A stretch of DNA of 64,000 nt from a virus. A program made the position numbers and the translations under genes. Position 1 is the first letter of the stretch. Every line of letters starts with the position of its first letter. Under the pieces are notes generated by a model. That model had not been told where the DNA came from. It worked only from the letters and a program-made list of their open reading frames with translations, and did no database searches. This document shows, piece by piece, positions 44,128-53,182 of this stretch. The stretch is taken from positions 1 through 64,000 of the IMG/VR virus record IMGVR_UViG_3300032053_000043. One strand, written 5' to 3'.

Positions 44128-45895
44128 TTTGCGCCTCCGGTACAAGCCTTGTAGGCTCATCCTGACCAAAGTTCCTCAACACGGATTTCATCAACGAATC
44201 CGCCGAACGGATCGCGTCTATTAAATAATTCTTAATTTCTGGAGGAACCATTTGGTTCGCGGCTTGCCCAATCATGGCAGCTATCGCCCCATAATGCTTC
44301 ATCATAATCTGAACTAACATAATGTCGGCTTGCTTTTCAAGTTCACGATTCAGCGAAGCCGTCGCCGCAAGGACAGGCATAAAAACGGTCTTATTTTTAA
44401 TTGCATCGAAAGCCTTCCGCAAATGCTCGGCTGACTTTCCGTACGAAGCAAAACGACCTGGATCTGTACCGAAGTACGCAATTTCATTTGCAATAACGCG
44501 ACCAAGACGCAAGTGTGCGGTACGAATATCGCTGATGTGCATATCAGTACGTGTGTTACCTTCCTGTAAAAGGGACAACGTACCCATTGCGGTGTATACA
44601 CCACGTTTCGTAAACGTACCCGCGCCAAAGCCTTGCATCGGGGGCGAAACGCCACTTAGCTTGTCAGCTAAGTCAAGACTTAAACGCTCCTCGTCGATGT
44701 TCACCTGCGAAGGCTCGCCATGAGAAATTGCCTCGATGTCGTCCTTCTCAGCCGGTATATGAGCACCCGGATATATATCAAAGCCCTCGCCCGCAGCCGG
44801 AGTATTCGGCGAAACACGAAACATCTTCGCATTGGCGACAGTTTGTGCATCACGTCTCTGATTATGAATCTGCGAAGTTTCTTCCTGAAAAGTCGAGAGC
44901 TTCTCAGCAAGTCCGTAACCGTAGTAGCTTCCGTCACGCGGAAAAAGCCTTGCGCCAATCCAAGGTTCGTCGGGGAAGAATGAGAAAATACTTCGTAGAA
45001 GCGTACCGGAGTTGTAGTGATAACAGGCTATCAACCTTGCTTGCGAAGTTCCTTCTCCGTAAATGCACCAGCACTCGTATATATACCACTCCCGGGAGTC
45101 CGGTCCTTGAATGGTTTGCGCTCCCACTTTGCTTTCAACTTCTTTTTGCGGAGCAGTTGGGCCTGATGCATCGGGTGAAGCAACAACGGCGTTGTAGATT
45201 TCGTTCTCTTTTCCACGCGCATACAATTCTCTAGCGAAACGGCTCTCAAGTTCTTGCAGATTCAAACGAACGCGGTGCGCCTTGAAACTAGCGTTCTTCA
45301 GAACGTTCGTTTGTACAGGAATGAACAAATCCTCGAAGAGAACCTTTTCCGGACGAGGACCGTCGTAAACAGTGTCGTCGATGAAATCGTACTTACCAGT
45401 ACCATCACCCGATGGAACGGCAATCGCTTCGACTTGCGTTTCCCACGGACATTTGATAACCGACGTTCCGTATTGCACAACATCGTTGAGGAACTCACGG
45501 TAAACGCGGTACAAATCCAATTCTTCAGGCTCAAGAGCCAAATCCGTTAAGTAACGTTCAATCGCCATACGAAGCGGTTCGGCATCGCCTCCAAAATCGC
45601 CACCGACTTGGAAAGGCCATATTGGACGAAGTTTGTAAATTGCGGCAATTAGCCTTGCTACTAACGTATCGGCGTGTATAGCCACGATTGGAACAACAAG
45701 GTTACTGGCGTTCGGGAATGGATAGTTGCGTATCCTCTGTAAAGGCTGGGACTCGTAAACACGCCGCCAGCTTGGGAGCTTAGTTTCATGGATTTCGCGG
45801 AGACCTTCGATGCAGGAACGCAGATTTTCCTTTAGGAAGGCTTTGAACTTCGTTTCGCCTTCCTTCGAGAAGTTCACATGGATAGGCTGGACCAT
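43988..45895 (-). CDS. Portal protein
   Basis: 635 aa after terminase; PFPNASNLVVP, YGTSVIK, FPRDGSYYGYGLAE, TAMGTLSL. Confidence 0.85.
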   Translation of the reverse strand: MVQPIHVNFSKEGETKFKAFLKENLRSCIEGLREIHETKLPSWRRVYESQPLQRIRNYPFPNASNLVVPIVAIHADTLVARLIAAIYKLRPIWPFQVGGDFGGDAEPLRMAIERYLTDLALEPEELDLYRVYREFLNDVVQYGTSVIKCPWETQVEAIAVPSGDGTGKYDFIDDTVYDGPRPEKVLFEDLFIPVQTNVLKNASFKAHRVRLNLQELESRFARELYARGKENEIYNAVVASPDASGPTAPQKEVESKVGAQTIQGPDSREWYIYECWCIYGEGTSQARLIACYHYNSGTLLRSIFSFFPDEPWIGARLFPRDGSYYGYGLAEKLSTFQEETSQIHNQRRDAQTVANAKMFRVSPNTPAAGEGFDIYPGAHIPAEKDDIEAISHGEPSQVNIDEERLSLDLADKLSGVSPPMQGFGAGTFTKRGVYTAMGTLSLLQEGNTRTDMHISDIRTAHLRLGRVIANEIAYFGTDPGRFASYGKSAEHLRKAFDAIKNKTVFMPVLAATASLNRELEKQADIMLVQIMMKHYGAIAAMIGQAANQMVPPEIKNYLIDAIRSADSLMKSVLRNFGQDEPTRLVPEAQIEHLRAKTGGGGSPMVGQPAGASVPGVDQGGAGALATLPGMLQQSQ

Positions 45896-45899
45896 GAAA

Positions 45900-46028
45900 C
45901 TACTTCCGTCTCCTATGAGGCTTCTGCCCAGTCGAAGCTACGCATACCGCGTAAGGGTTTACCTTTTTCTTCCCACGTCGATTCCGCGCTCTAACATGCG
46001 CGATGCAACGCATGAGCTTCGCTGACAT
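45900..46028 (-). CDS. Small basic protein (42 aa)
   Basis: MSAKLMRCIAHVRARNRRGKKKVNPYAVCVASTGQKPHRRRK; TAATG coupling to terL; below the ORF-track cutoff. Confidence 0.55.
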   Translation of the reverse strand: MSAKLMRCIAHVRARNRRGKKKVNPYAVCVASTGQKPHRRRK

Positions 46029-47713
46029 TAGTTCACTCCCACCGAGTAAGGCTTCCCCATTTCCTGCAGACGTTGTCTATTAGACGCCATCCATGCAGGC
46101 ATAAATTTAGAATAGGCAAAGCTTTTCAACACTTGTGGCGCGTAAGCCAACGCATCGAGGATGTCGCAGAACCTTCCCTTTGGGAACGTCGTGTATTCCC
46201 CAATGAAATCCCCTTGATGCCTCTGGCACCAGAAACGTCCTTCTTCAAAGATTGGTTGTAAGACGGTAAGAATGCGTGATTCCTTACGGCGTGTGATAGT
46301 TCCGTCCGGCCCTTCGACTTCGCCCTTGAGCGGGATTATCTTCAGATAACGATTCGCTTGTCGATTGCGATAGTCGATATGATAAGCAACAAACCGCTGT
46401 GCAGCGACCGTTTCAACGCCAAGTTTACGAATGTTCCACTTATCAGCAAGCTCATAAATCTTACCGAAGTAATCGTCGTAAGGCGCAGCATTTGCCCAAC
46501 AATCTAGCAAGTAATAATGGTCGTCGTCGCTTAATCCCAATACGACCACGGAGTGGCGGCAACGCCCCAAACCAGCGTTGCCGGCGTGCGCTGGATCGGT
46601 AACCTCAGCTAATCCGAGATGTGTAATCTCAATGTCTCTACGAACGCTACCATCGTAGACCTCGTGTTGGACAACGAGACGACCGTCTGGTTTGGTAAAG
46701 AGTTTGAAGTGACGCAGCCACTCAGGATGGAAAGCCGCGTTCTCAGGGGCAGCGGGGTTATTAAGGAACTGCGCGGAGAAGTTGTAACTACCAAGTTTCC
46801 TCCGAATTCGTTCGAGCTTCTCGACAGAGAACATTTCCGGAAAGATCGGCGTATCCGGAGGATGTTCTGGGCAACAGCCGCCCAAGGCGCTATGCGAACT
46901 TATTCTGAACCAAGGTTCGTGTTCACGAAGGAAGGTATTCAGATCGTGGTAAGACCACCGATTGCCAACGACAAGTTCATCGTTTTCGTGGATTGCATCT
47001 TGCGACTCAAAGGCACCAACGACAAGTCGATGGTAGTCTACTGTCTTATCCATCACCGATTGCGACTCAACGGCTTTGCGGCCCACTAAATCATCCTGGA
47101 CGATCCGTATGTAGTGCCTACTTTGCAAGGCGGAGCCCACGCCGATGAAATCGAATGTTCCTTCGCCGTGTGAAGCTCCGCCCTGTGGTCGACGGCAATG
47201 CAAGGAGAAGTTGGTCCAAGTTTCTGTGGTAGTAGGAAGAGTTTCAGGAAAAAGGGCCCGATAAACGGAGTTCGACTCAAAATGGCGGCGCGTCCTAGAA
47301 CCAAGCATCGCTGCGTTAGTAATCGTCTCACTAACAAGGAGAGTTCGCGTTGCCGAATCATGGACGCGCCGCATGAAGGCAAGGAACTCCGCGGAGTAAC
47401 CAAGTTTACTTAACAAGTCGGCGTCGGAATTGCCAAAGGGCAAAGCCCACCACATCGGAAGAGCTTCGCTACAAATGGTCGTCTTAAAATGGTCCCGTGG
47501 CAATTCGTAAAGGTCTTTGAGATGGGAACGCTCAAAAGAAAGACAAACAGGAAGGTGCAAACGGGGAGTAAGATGATTACGGCGAAGCGCGACTTTTGCG
47601 AAGTAGTATAAACTACCAAGCGAATTTATTCGGTGTGTTAGCAGTTTCGCTTCGGCAGAAGACGATTCTTCGATGGGAATTAGTCTAAAACGTTCTGCTA
47701 ACGTATCTGCCAT
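46028..47713 (-). CDS. terL: Terminase large subunit
   Basis: LPRDHFKTT (Walker A variant), IVQDDLVG (Walker B), GNRW, FSAQFLNNP, DPA, DILDALAY. Confidence 0.9.
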   Translation of the reverse strand: MADTLAERFRLIPIEESSSAEAKLLTHRINSLGSLYYFAKVALRRNHLTPRLHLPVCLSFERSHLKDLYELPRDHFKTTICSEALPMWWALPFGNSDADLLSKLGYSAEFLAFMRRVHDSATRTLLVSETITNAAMLGSRTRRHFESNSVYRALFPETLPTTTETWTNFSLHCRRPQGGASHGEGTFDFIGVGSALQSRHYIRIVQDDLVGRKAVESQSVMDKTVDYHRLVVGAFESQDAIHENDELVVGNRWSYHDLNTFLREHEPWFRISSHSALGGCCPEHPPDTPIFPEMFSVEKLERIRRKLGSYNFSAQFLNNPAAPENAAFHPEWLRHFKLFTKPDGRLVVQHEVYDGSVRRDIEITHLGLAEVTDPAHAGNAGLGRCRHSVVVLGLSDDDHYYLLDCWANAAPYDDYFGKIYELADKWNIRKLGVETVAAQRFVAYHIDYRNRQANRYLKIIPLKGEVEGPDGTITRRKESRILTVLQPIFEEGRFWCQRHQGDFIGEYTTFPKGRFCDILDALAYAPQVLKSFAYSKFMPAWMASNRQRLQEMGKPYSVGVN

Positions 47714-47803
47714 TTCGTTTTATGGCAGGAGTCAGGATGCACGGCCCGACCCCTATTTCGCCCCCGTACAGGCTCATTCTGTACCATCTGCAGTAGTACA
47801 GAG

Positions 47804-48304
47804 TTAGTTCGGTTTACCGCTAGGTCCTATCGGCCCTGCAATTACTTCAGCTACAATAGCATCCGCTTCGCGGCCAAGGTTTGCGAGTAACTCACCCGGA
47901 ACGTGTGGAGAATCCGGCGACAGACGAATCGCGTCTTTTACAAAGACCCTCTTCGGATCTCTGTCGAGAATTTCCTTGGCTGCTTCAAGCCTTGCTTTTA
48001 AATCACGTTTCTGTAAGACTCCGTCCACGAGTGCCCTCATTGCCGCAGGAACCGCTACCGCGAAGTGTGCCCGAAGCGCATCGGTTCGACTTGCGAGAAT
48101 GCCGTCGAGCTTTGAAATTACGCCAGTAAACTCCGCCTCTTCTTCAAGTTTATACTCCGGCAGTGCTACTATTCTACTAAGACAGCTTTGCGTTAAGCCA
48201 AGTCCCCGCATGATTTGTTGGTCTTTGATTCCTTGGCAACGCAAGCGTGCTATCTGCGCAATTTTCAGACGAACTTTCGTGTGGAATTTGAACTTTGGAA
48301 CCAA
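47804..48304 (-). CDS. Probable terminase small subunit (HTH)
   Basis: N-terminal HTH, RLEAAKEILDR; directly upstream of terL. Confidence 0.6.
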   Translation of the reverse strand: MVPKFKFHTKVRLKIAQIARLRCQGIKDQQIMRGLGLTQSCLSRIVALPEYKLEEEAEFTGVISKLDGILASRTDALRAHFAVAVPAAMRALVDGVLQKRDLKARLEAAKEILDRDPKRVFVKDAIRLSPDSPHVPGELLANLGREADAIVAEVIAGPIGPSGKPN

Positions 48305-48424
48305 TTCAGAATCCTCAAAGCTCGGCTAGATAAACCACTGGTTACGTAGTAAGTGTCTCATTGAAGCGGGCTTTGTGTCAAGGAAACTTTTTTTGTAAGT
48401 TCAATTGAATCAATCGTTTACGAC

Positions 48425-48454
48425 TTGACAGTGAATGCTTTATACAAGTAAAAT
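48425..48454 (+). promoter_or_regulatory. Sigma70-like promoter, probably leaderless for the HTH gene
   Basis: TTGACA-18-TAAAAT, 5 nt before GTG 48460; IHF-consensus AATCAATCGTTTA at 48408-48420. Confidence 0.65.
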
Positions 48455-48459
48455 ATCAA

Positions 48460-48723
48460 GTGATGCTCTGCCCACTCTGCGAAGGCTCTGGCGAACTGCA
48501 CTCAAGCCAAACAGTAACTCCGAAAGAGGCCGGCTTTATTCTAAAATTGAACATGCCTTCTATCTACCAATATATAAGACGTGGAAAACTGTATGCAGAG
48601 CGTCTTAGTTCCAACGGTCGCCTTACGATTACCAAAGCTTCGCTTATGGAATTTATGGGACTTAGGAAACGAAGCGCGAAGCAAAAAGTATCAACGAAGT
48701 TAACACTTTCGCAAGGAGCGTAG
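48460..48723 (+). CDS. Excisionase/MerR-like HTH DNA-binding protein
   Basis: TPKEAGFILKLNMPSIYQYIRRGKLYAER...LTITKASLMEF. Confidence 0.75.
   Translation: MMLCPLCEGSGELHSSQTVTPKEAGFILKLNMPSIYQYIRRGKLYAERLSSNGRLTITKASLMEFMGLRKRSAKQKVSTKLTLSQGA
48685..48709. promoter_or_regulatory. Palindromic operator-like site AAAGTRTYAAC-N3-GTTRAYACTTT
   Basis: aaagtatcaac-gaa-gttaacacttt; other copies at 41091, 50714, 53183, degenerate at 31912. Confidence 0.6.
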
Positions 48724-48725
48724 AC

Positions 48726-49109
48726 GTGCGTAACTTACTTTGTACCGCTGCGGTGCTTATGGCAGTAGCTATTGCCGTAGGCGCCATCGACGAGGAGACA
48801 AAAGACATGAAACCCATCCAACTCACTAGTGAGGAAAGAATCACCGCTGAAGCCCTTGCACTAAGAGTGCGTACCGCTGAGCAAGAACTTGCCTTATTGG
48901 AACAACGTCACGCAGTTGTTTTACAACAACTCCCGTTTCTCCGTCAGAAGCGTGATGGTTACGCCAACGAAGTTCTCGCAGAGCACAAAGCTCTCAAAGG
49001 AAGCACAATAAACTGGACCGACGGAGTTATTATTCCTCCAACGCCAGAGGCAAAGCCTCCAAAGACGGAGCCCGCGAGCGCGAAGAAAGATGAATCCAAA
49101 ACGAAGTAA
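48726..49109 (+). CDS. Signal-peptide coiled-coil protein
   Basis: MRNLLCTAAVLMAVAIAVGA; AAGGAG RBS. Confidence 0.6.
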   Translation: MRNLLCTAAVLMAVAIAVGAIDEETKDMKPIQLTSEERITAEALALRVRTAEQELALLEQRHAVVLQQLPFLRQKRDGYANEVLAEHKALKGSTINWTDGVIIPPTPEAKPPKTEPASAKKDESKTK

Positions 49110-49326
49110 CAAAGTTATTTTCATCGACTGCGAAGGTATCCACGAAATGCAAGCCGATGCGAACCGTTTACTTAGTATGCGCCTTGATAACATACCACAA
49201 TTCCCCTACAAACGTAAGCGAAGCTTCCATCCTTTCTTCTCCCGTTTCCTCTTCTACCCCCTTTTAGTTTTCCTCTCCATAACACTCTCCTTATTCCTCG
49301 TCCGGCTTTGCCAAAGATACTTCTGA
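49090..49326 (+). CDS. Hypothetical membrane protein
   Basis: C-terminal TM segment. Confidence 0.4.
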   Translation: MNPKRSNKVIFIDCEGIHEMQADANRLLSMRLDNIPQFPYKRKRSFHPFFSRFLFYPLLVFLSITLSLFLVRLCQRYF

Positions 49327-49657
49327 TTCTGCCAAAGGTACTCGTAGAGACTCTGATTTTTTCCTGGAAAAATTGTTTAGAGGGCCAATAGGGTTAAGGT
49401 TTAGATTGTAGGTTTAGGGCCTACGCCCTCCAGTACCTTCGCAGTCAATGGCGAAGTAGTAAATAGCACACTACTTGTAGAGCCAAGCTAGACTGAAGCT
49501 GCGCGGCTGACTTGTCTGTACCACCGTACAGGTCCACAAAGCCGAGCAGCGGCTCACTTTGACAATTCGATTAGGACTGAGCAAACGCTAGTCTCCCGTA
49601 TGAGCGGGCGCGCGCGCAAGCGCGAATCTAAACGCAAGCTCATGAACGGGGGATGAC

Positions 49658-49972
49658 ATGACTGAAGTAATCAAAAGCAACGGGTCCATCGAACTTACAG
49701 GTAAGAGTGCCGATGCGCTGCATGAGTACTGCGACATTGCACTAGACGAAACGGGCAAGCCCGCGAATCCTGCAATCGTTGCAAACCTCGCGCTTCGCAA
49801 GGGCCTGAAAGCAAACGCAAGCTACCTCAAGACAATGACCAGAAACGGGCTCGCCGACACACTACGCAAGCTACGCGTCAACGGGGCCGGCGAAGACGTT
49901 TGCAACCGGGCACAGGACCTCTGCTTTGAGAAAATGGACCGGCTGGACGCCTACATCAAGTCCGTTGAATAA
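49658..49972 (+). CDS. Hypothetical protein enclosed by a long-range inverted repeat
   Basis: GGGGGA RBS; 104 aa. Confidence 0.6.
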   Translation: MTEVIKSNGSIELTGKSADALHEYCDIALDETGKPANPAIVANLALRKGLKANASYLKTMTRNGLADTLRKLRVNGAGEDVCNRAQDLCFEKMDRLDAYIKSVE

Positions 49973-50060
49973 CGGGTGTCCAATGCGCTGACAAGTCTCA
50001 GAGACTTCGCCCGCGCATACGGGGGATTAGCGAAGCTTCAAAGAAAGGGGGATGTGAAAC

Positions 50061-50453
50061 ATGCCGAGATTCGATTCGAACGAATCTCGCCTAAACCGTA
50101 CTATCGACCGCGGACGCGGGCGTGACATAGATTCTCTATTCACGCCTTTTAAGTCCCGACGCATACCAACACAATCGCCTAACGATTCGTTACCGAAACG
50201 TGAATATCCGTTAGGAAGTGGGTATGTCAAGGGTCTTCCCAAAGAATGCAAGCATTGTGGATACACGCAAGTGCATTGCAAGTGTGGAGCATTCGTTTGG
50301 GATACACCACAAACGCCCGCGGGTCGGAGAGTGCGAAACGGCGAGATCGTCACCGACAGTTTGCTACTTGCAAAGTTCATGTGTATACACGCAGTGCCGT
50401 ATGTTTTCAACGGCACGAAGTATGGATGTAAACGGTGTAATCCACGTTCGTGA
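50061..50453 (+). CDS. Cys-rich hypothetical protein
   Basis: ORF with several CxxC pairs. Confidence 0.45.
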   Translation: MPRFDSNESRLNRTIDRGRGRDIDSLFTPFKSRRIPTQSPNDSLPKREYPLGSGYVKGLPKECKHCGYTQVHCKCGAFVWDTPQTPAGRRVRNGEIVTDSLLLAKFMCIHAVPYVFNGTKYGCKRCNPRS

Positions 50454-50472
50454 ACACCAACACGGAACGTGA

Positions 50473-50498
50473 TGTGTGTGTGTGTGTGTGTGTGTGTG
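50473..50498. repeat. (TG)13 microsatellite
   Basis: 26-nt perfect dinucleotide run. Confidence 0.95.
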
Positions 50499-50703
50499 CG
50501 TTTTATGTGTTTACGCGCGTGCTTCCACGTTCCACGTCAGTCGCACGTGACGTTTCGTGTGTCTACGAATTGACACGTTTAACTTCGTTTTGGCGTTTTA
50601 AGTCTTTGGCAAATTCGTTGCGTCTTGGTGTCTTATTATTATAATCCTATCCATCTATGATATATATATTTTTTAATAGGGACAGAATCCAGAGCAAGGC
50701 ATA

Positions 50704-50748
50704 GCCTTTGGCTAAAGTATTAACTTAGTTGACACTTTTGCCAAAGGC
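50704..50748. promoter_or_regulatory. Extended palindrome containing the operator-like site
   Basis: gcctttggc-t-aaagtattaac-tta-gttgacacttt-t-gccaaaggc. Confidence 0.6.
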
Positions 50749-50886
50749 AACACTGTTGCGTTTCGCAATCTTCGATGAAGCACGGGTGGGTAGTGTGTAA
50801 CGTGGAAACACAGCTACACGTGTAAAGCACACAGAGCACACAGCACAGAGTATTTTATAACTTCTTTGTTTTCAGTAGTTTGCAAC

Positions 50887-50915
50887 TTGACAACACTTCG
50901 CACACACAGTACACT
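50887..50915 (+). promoter_or_regulatory. Sigma70-like promoter
   Basis: TTGACA-17-TACACT. Confidence 0.75.
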
Positions 50916-50945
50916 CATAAATGAAGGCAACAAAGGAGTGTAACT

Positions 50946-51371
50946 TTGGACCAAGAACTTTGCACTTGCAGACGACCCGTTTCAATTCGGCATTGTCCCA
51001 ACTGCGGAAGCACAAACGCCTACGCAAGACACTCAAGTTCAGTGATTCTGGAGAATCCACTTTCGCCAAGCGAACGTATAGTCTTAAGAGGATTCATGTG
51101 TCGTAGATGTGGTACTACGTACCACGAAGGTGAGGAATGCAAAGCGCCGAAGGCAACAAAGCCAACCGACACTGGCACAAGAGTAAGCCCAGATGTACCA
51201 CTTGATAGACAAATGGGCCCACTTATAGCAAGAGCGTCGGACGTGGGCCGCAGGCGTATATTGGGATACCTAAATAAATATCCCTCCAACTTTACGGTCA
51301 AGGCGGTTCACGTAGACGAACACGGGGTGGTAACGATAGATGAATCCATACACGAAAAGGCTTCGCCATGA
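50946..51371 (+). CDS. Zinc-ribbon hypothetical protein
   Basis: CPNC...CRRC; AAGGAG RBS. Confidence 0.6.
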   Translation: MDQELCTCRRPVSIRHCPNCGSTNAYARHSSSVILENPLSPSERIVLRGFMCRRCGTTYHEGEECKAPKATKPTDTGTRVSPDVPLDRQMGPLIARASDVGRRRILGYLNKYPSNFTVKAVHVDEHGVVTIDESIHEKASP

Positions 51372-51472
51372 TTGTATCAATTGCAATTGGCATTGTACTA
51401 GCGTACGTTGTACTTTGTGTCTTGGGATTAGTCTTTGAACTAATCGTAGATTGGTTGTCCTAACGGACGTTG

Positions 51473-51623
51473 CGTTCTGGGTTGGAAGATTAGAACACTC
51501 CGTTCGGCGTTTACACCGTAGCGACCGATCCTAGCATATGCGGAGAGAACGGTACTTCCAGCCCAGAACGGAGCGTCCTTCCTGATGGTACGAGTCGGTT
51601 CGATTCCGACTGAGGATGCTCCA
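51473..51623 (+). ncRNA. Structured intergenic RNA ending in a tRNA-like minihelix (acceptor-like stem + T-arm + CCA)
   Basis: Stem 51473-88/51555-70, then GGAGCGTCCTT/GAGGATGCTCC stem enclosing GTCGG-TTCGATT-CCGAC, ending CCA at 51623. Confidence 0.45.
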
Positions 51624-51645
51624 CACAAAGATGAAAGGGGGACGT

Positions 51646-51879
51646 ATGCACACAGAGACCTACACAACAAGAAAGGGCCGTACACTGTTCCGGCCCGTCC
51701 TCTCCGAAGAGGAAATAGGAGCGGCGGTAATGGGAAGCAACGACGACGGCTTCTGCCTTGCCTGCGGCGCGTTTGGGCAGCAAGTGGAACCCGATGCCCG
51801 CCGCTACACTTGTGACTGCTGCGGTGAGCCGAAGGTGTTCGGAATACCCGAACTGTTGATAATGGGTATTGTACAATGA
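51646..51879 (+). CDS. Zinc-ribbon hypothetical protein
   Basis: GFCLACG...VEPDARRYTCDCCG. Confidence 0.65.
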   Translation: MHTETYTTRKGRTLFRPVLSEEEIGAAVMGSNDDGFCLACGAFGQQVEPDARRYTCDCCGEPKVFGIPELLIMGIVQ

Positions 51880-52151
51880 CGAAAACCAAGTATGCCAAAG
51901 CACAAGCCGCAAAGCAGCGTTTGCTTGCGGAAGCGAAACTTCGTTCCGAACGGCAGCGGAAGCTTTCGCTGGAAGTACACCGCAGGTTGCACGCAATCGA
52001 CGAACTCGCTAACGCGGTACAAATTCCAATCTTCAAAGATTGGGTCAACACGGAACTTCGTGAAGAGCGTGCCGCGAAGCGCAATACGTTTCGGATTTGG
52101 CGCAAAGCGCAAGCTCAAAAGACGATCCTCGTTTCGAAGGAGCAAAGCTAA
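51876..52151 (+). CDS. Hypothetical protein
   Basis: ATGA coupling. Confidence 0.55.
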   Translation: MTKTKYAKAQAAKQRLLAEAKLRSERQRKLSLEVHRRLHAIDELANAVQIPIFKDWVNTELREERAAKRNTFRIWRKAQAQKTILVSKEQS

Positions 52152-52354
52152 TGGCAACCGCCACACAACCCGTATACTCCGTATACGTTCCCAACGACGC
52201 CGTGCGGATGCACTTGCGTTTGGCGATTTCGCACATTACGGAGTATCTAGGAAAGCTACCACAACCCAGATCGCCTAACGATCTGTTTCACCTTGAGTTA
52301 CTCGGAACGGCGCTGACGCTGTTATATAAAGCGGGGGAAGGAGCTTCGTTATGA
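52151..52354 (+). CDS. Hypothetical protein
   Basis: AAGGAG RBS, TAATG coupling. Confidence 0.55.
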   Translation: MATATQPVYSVYVPNDAVRMHLRLAISHITEYLGKLPQPRSPNDLFHLELLGTALTLLYKAGEGASL

Positions 52355-52515
52355 AAACCTTCGTTGTAACAACGAAAGTTTTGGTGTCCGCGGAGACGCC
52401 GGAAGCGGCAAAAGAGATAGGCGAGTTTTTCCTGTTCAAAAACTGGCGCCGCGACACCGACAAAGAAGACGGAGAGTTACTCTCCATACACGTAGAAGAA
52501 AGGTTCAACGAATGA
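52351..52515 (+). CDS. Small hypothetical protein
   Basis: AAGGAG RBS; MKTFVVTTKVLVSAETPEAAKE; ATGA overlaps at both ends. Confidence 0.55.
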   Translation: MKTFVVTTKVLVSAETPEAAKEIGEFFLFKNWRRDTDKEDGELLSIHVEERFNE

Positions 52516-52706
52516 CGAAGAAAGACTATAAAGCATTCGCAAAAGCGATCGCCGAAGTATGGAAGAAAGCGGATAGCGAGAACTGTCTTTTAGGCGTGTA
52601 TTTCTGGTTGTTGGTAGCGAAGATTAAATGTATCTTCGCCAAAGATAATCCAGACTTCAATGGCTTCGACTTCGATCAGGAAGTCGATAGAAAACGATTG
52701 GGGTAA
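52512..52706 (+). CDS. Hypothetical phage protein
   Basis: MTKKDYKAFAKAI...FAKDNPDFN pattern. Confidence 0.6.
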   Translation: MTKKDYKAFAKAIAEVWKKADSENCLLGVYFWLLVAKIKCIFAKDNPDFNGFDFDQEVDRKRLG

Positions 52707-52840
52707 CATGAGAATCATCCTACGATCCTCGCCCAAAACCATCGAACGATGGAAGTTCATCGTCGAAGTCACGGGCCTTTGGGCTTGTTGGTTTTTAGTC
52801 TTGTGGTACGGAATATCCAAAGGATGGAAGGAGTAACAAA

Positions 52841-53155
52841 GTGGCAAGCGCACAATTTCCGCGTTGCAGTTCGTGTAGACTTCCTGAACATTTCAAGAAT
52901 GTGTTCATCCTCGATCCGCGAGGCGTGGGGGGACATGGCTGGTTACTCATCAACACGCAAAAACCGGGTCCCCGTTCGGGTTTCAACGCAGTTGAAGCCA
53001 CTTCGCTTTCGGAAGCGTTGGAGTGTATGAAAGTAGTACACTTTTTTACAACGGAAGTAAAAGAGAAAGCCGCGTGGGCGGCGCTGAAGAAGTTCATTAC
53101 TTCCAAAGCGAAGCATCCACGTAACTGGAGACAAAAGCTTGGATGGAAGGAGTAG
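52841..53155 (+). CDS. Hypothetical protein
   Basis: AAGGAG RBS, GTG start. Confidence 0.5.
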   Translation: MASAQFPRCSSCRLPEHFKNVFILDPRGVGGHGWLLINTQKPGPRSGFNAVEATSLSEALECMKVVHFFTTEVKEKAAWAALKKFITSKAKHPRNWRQKLGWKE

Positions 53156-53182
53156 CTTCGCTGGCAAACATGAACTAATACG

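Noticed and set aside
49327-49560. Physical genome end or pac site upstream of terS
   Set aside because: Short repeats and palindromes are present, but nothing diagnostic without read-terminus data
50473-50498. Eukaryotic contamination suggested by the microsatellite
   Set aside because: Flanked by phage ORFs, a sigma70 promoter and the same operator-like palindrome found elsewhere in the phage
51570-51623. Genuine tRNA gene or hammerhead ribozyme
   Set aside because: No D or anticodon arm; CTGATG is present but the GAAA of the hammerhead core is missing
51944-51963. Gapped match of array unit 1 (6 of 7 dinucleotides, one-base gaps) within the other phage half
   Set aside because: Only 12 matched nt, found by eye. 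Across 12 units and both strands of 64 kb, one such hit is plausible by chance; it needs the formal shuffled-control search
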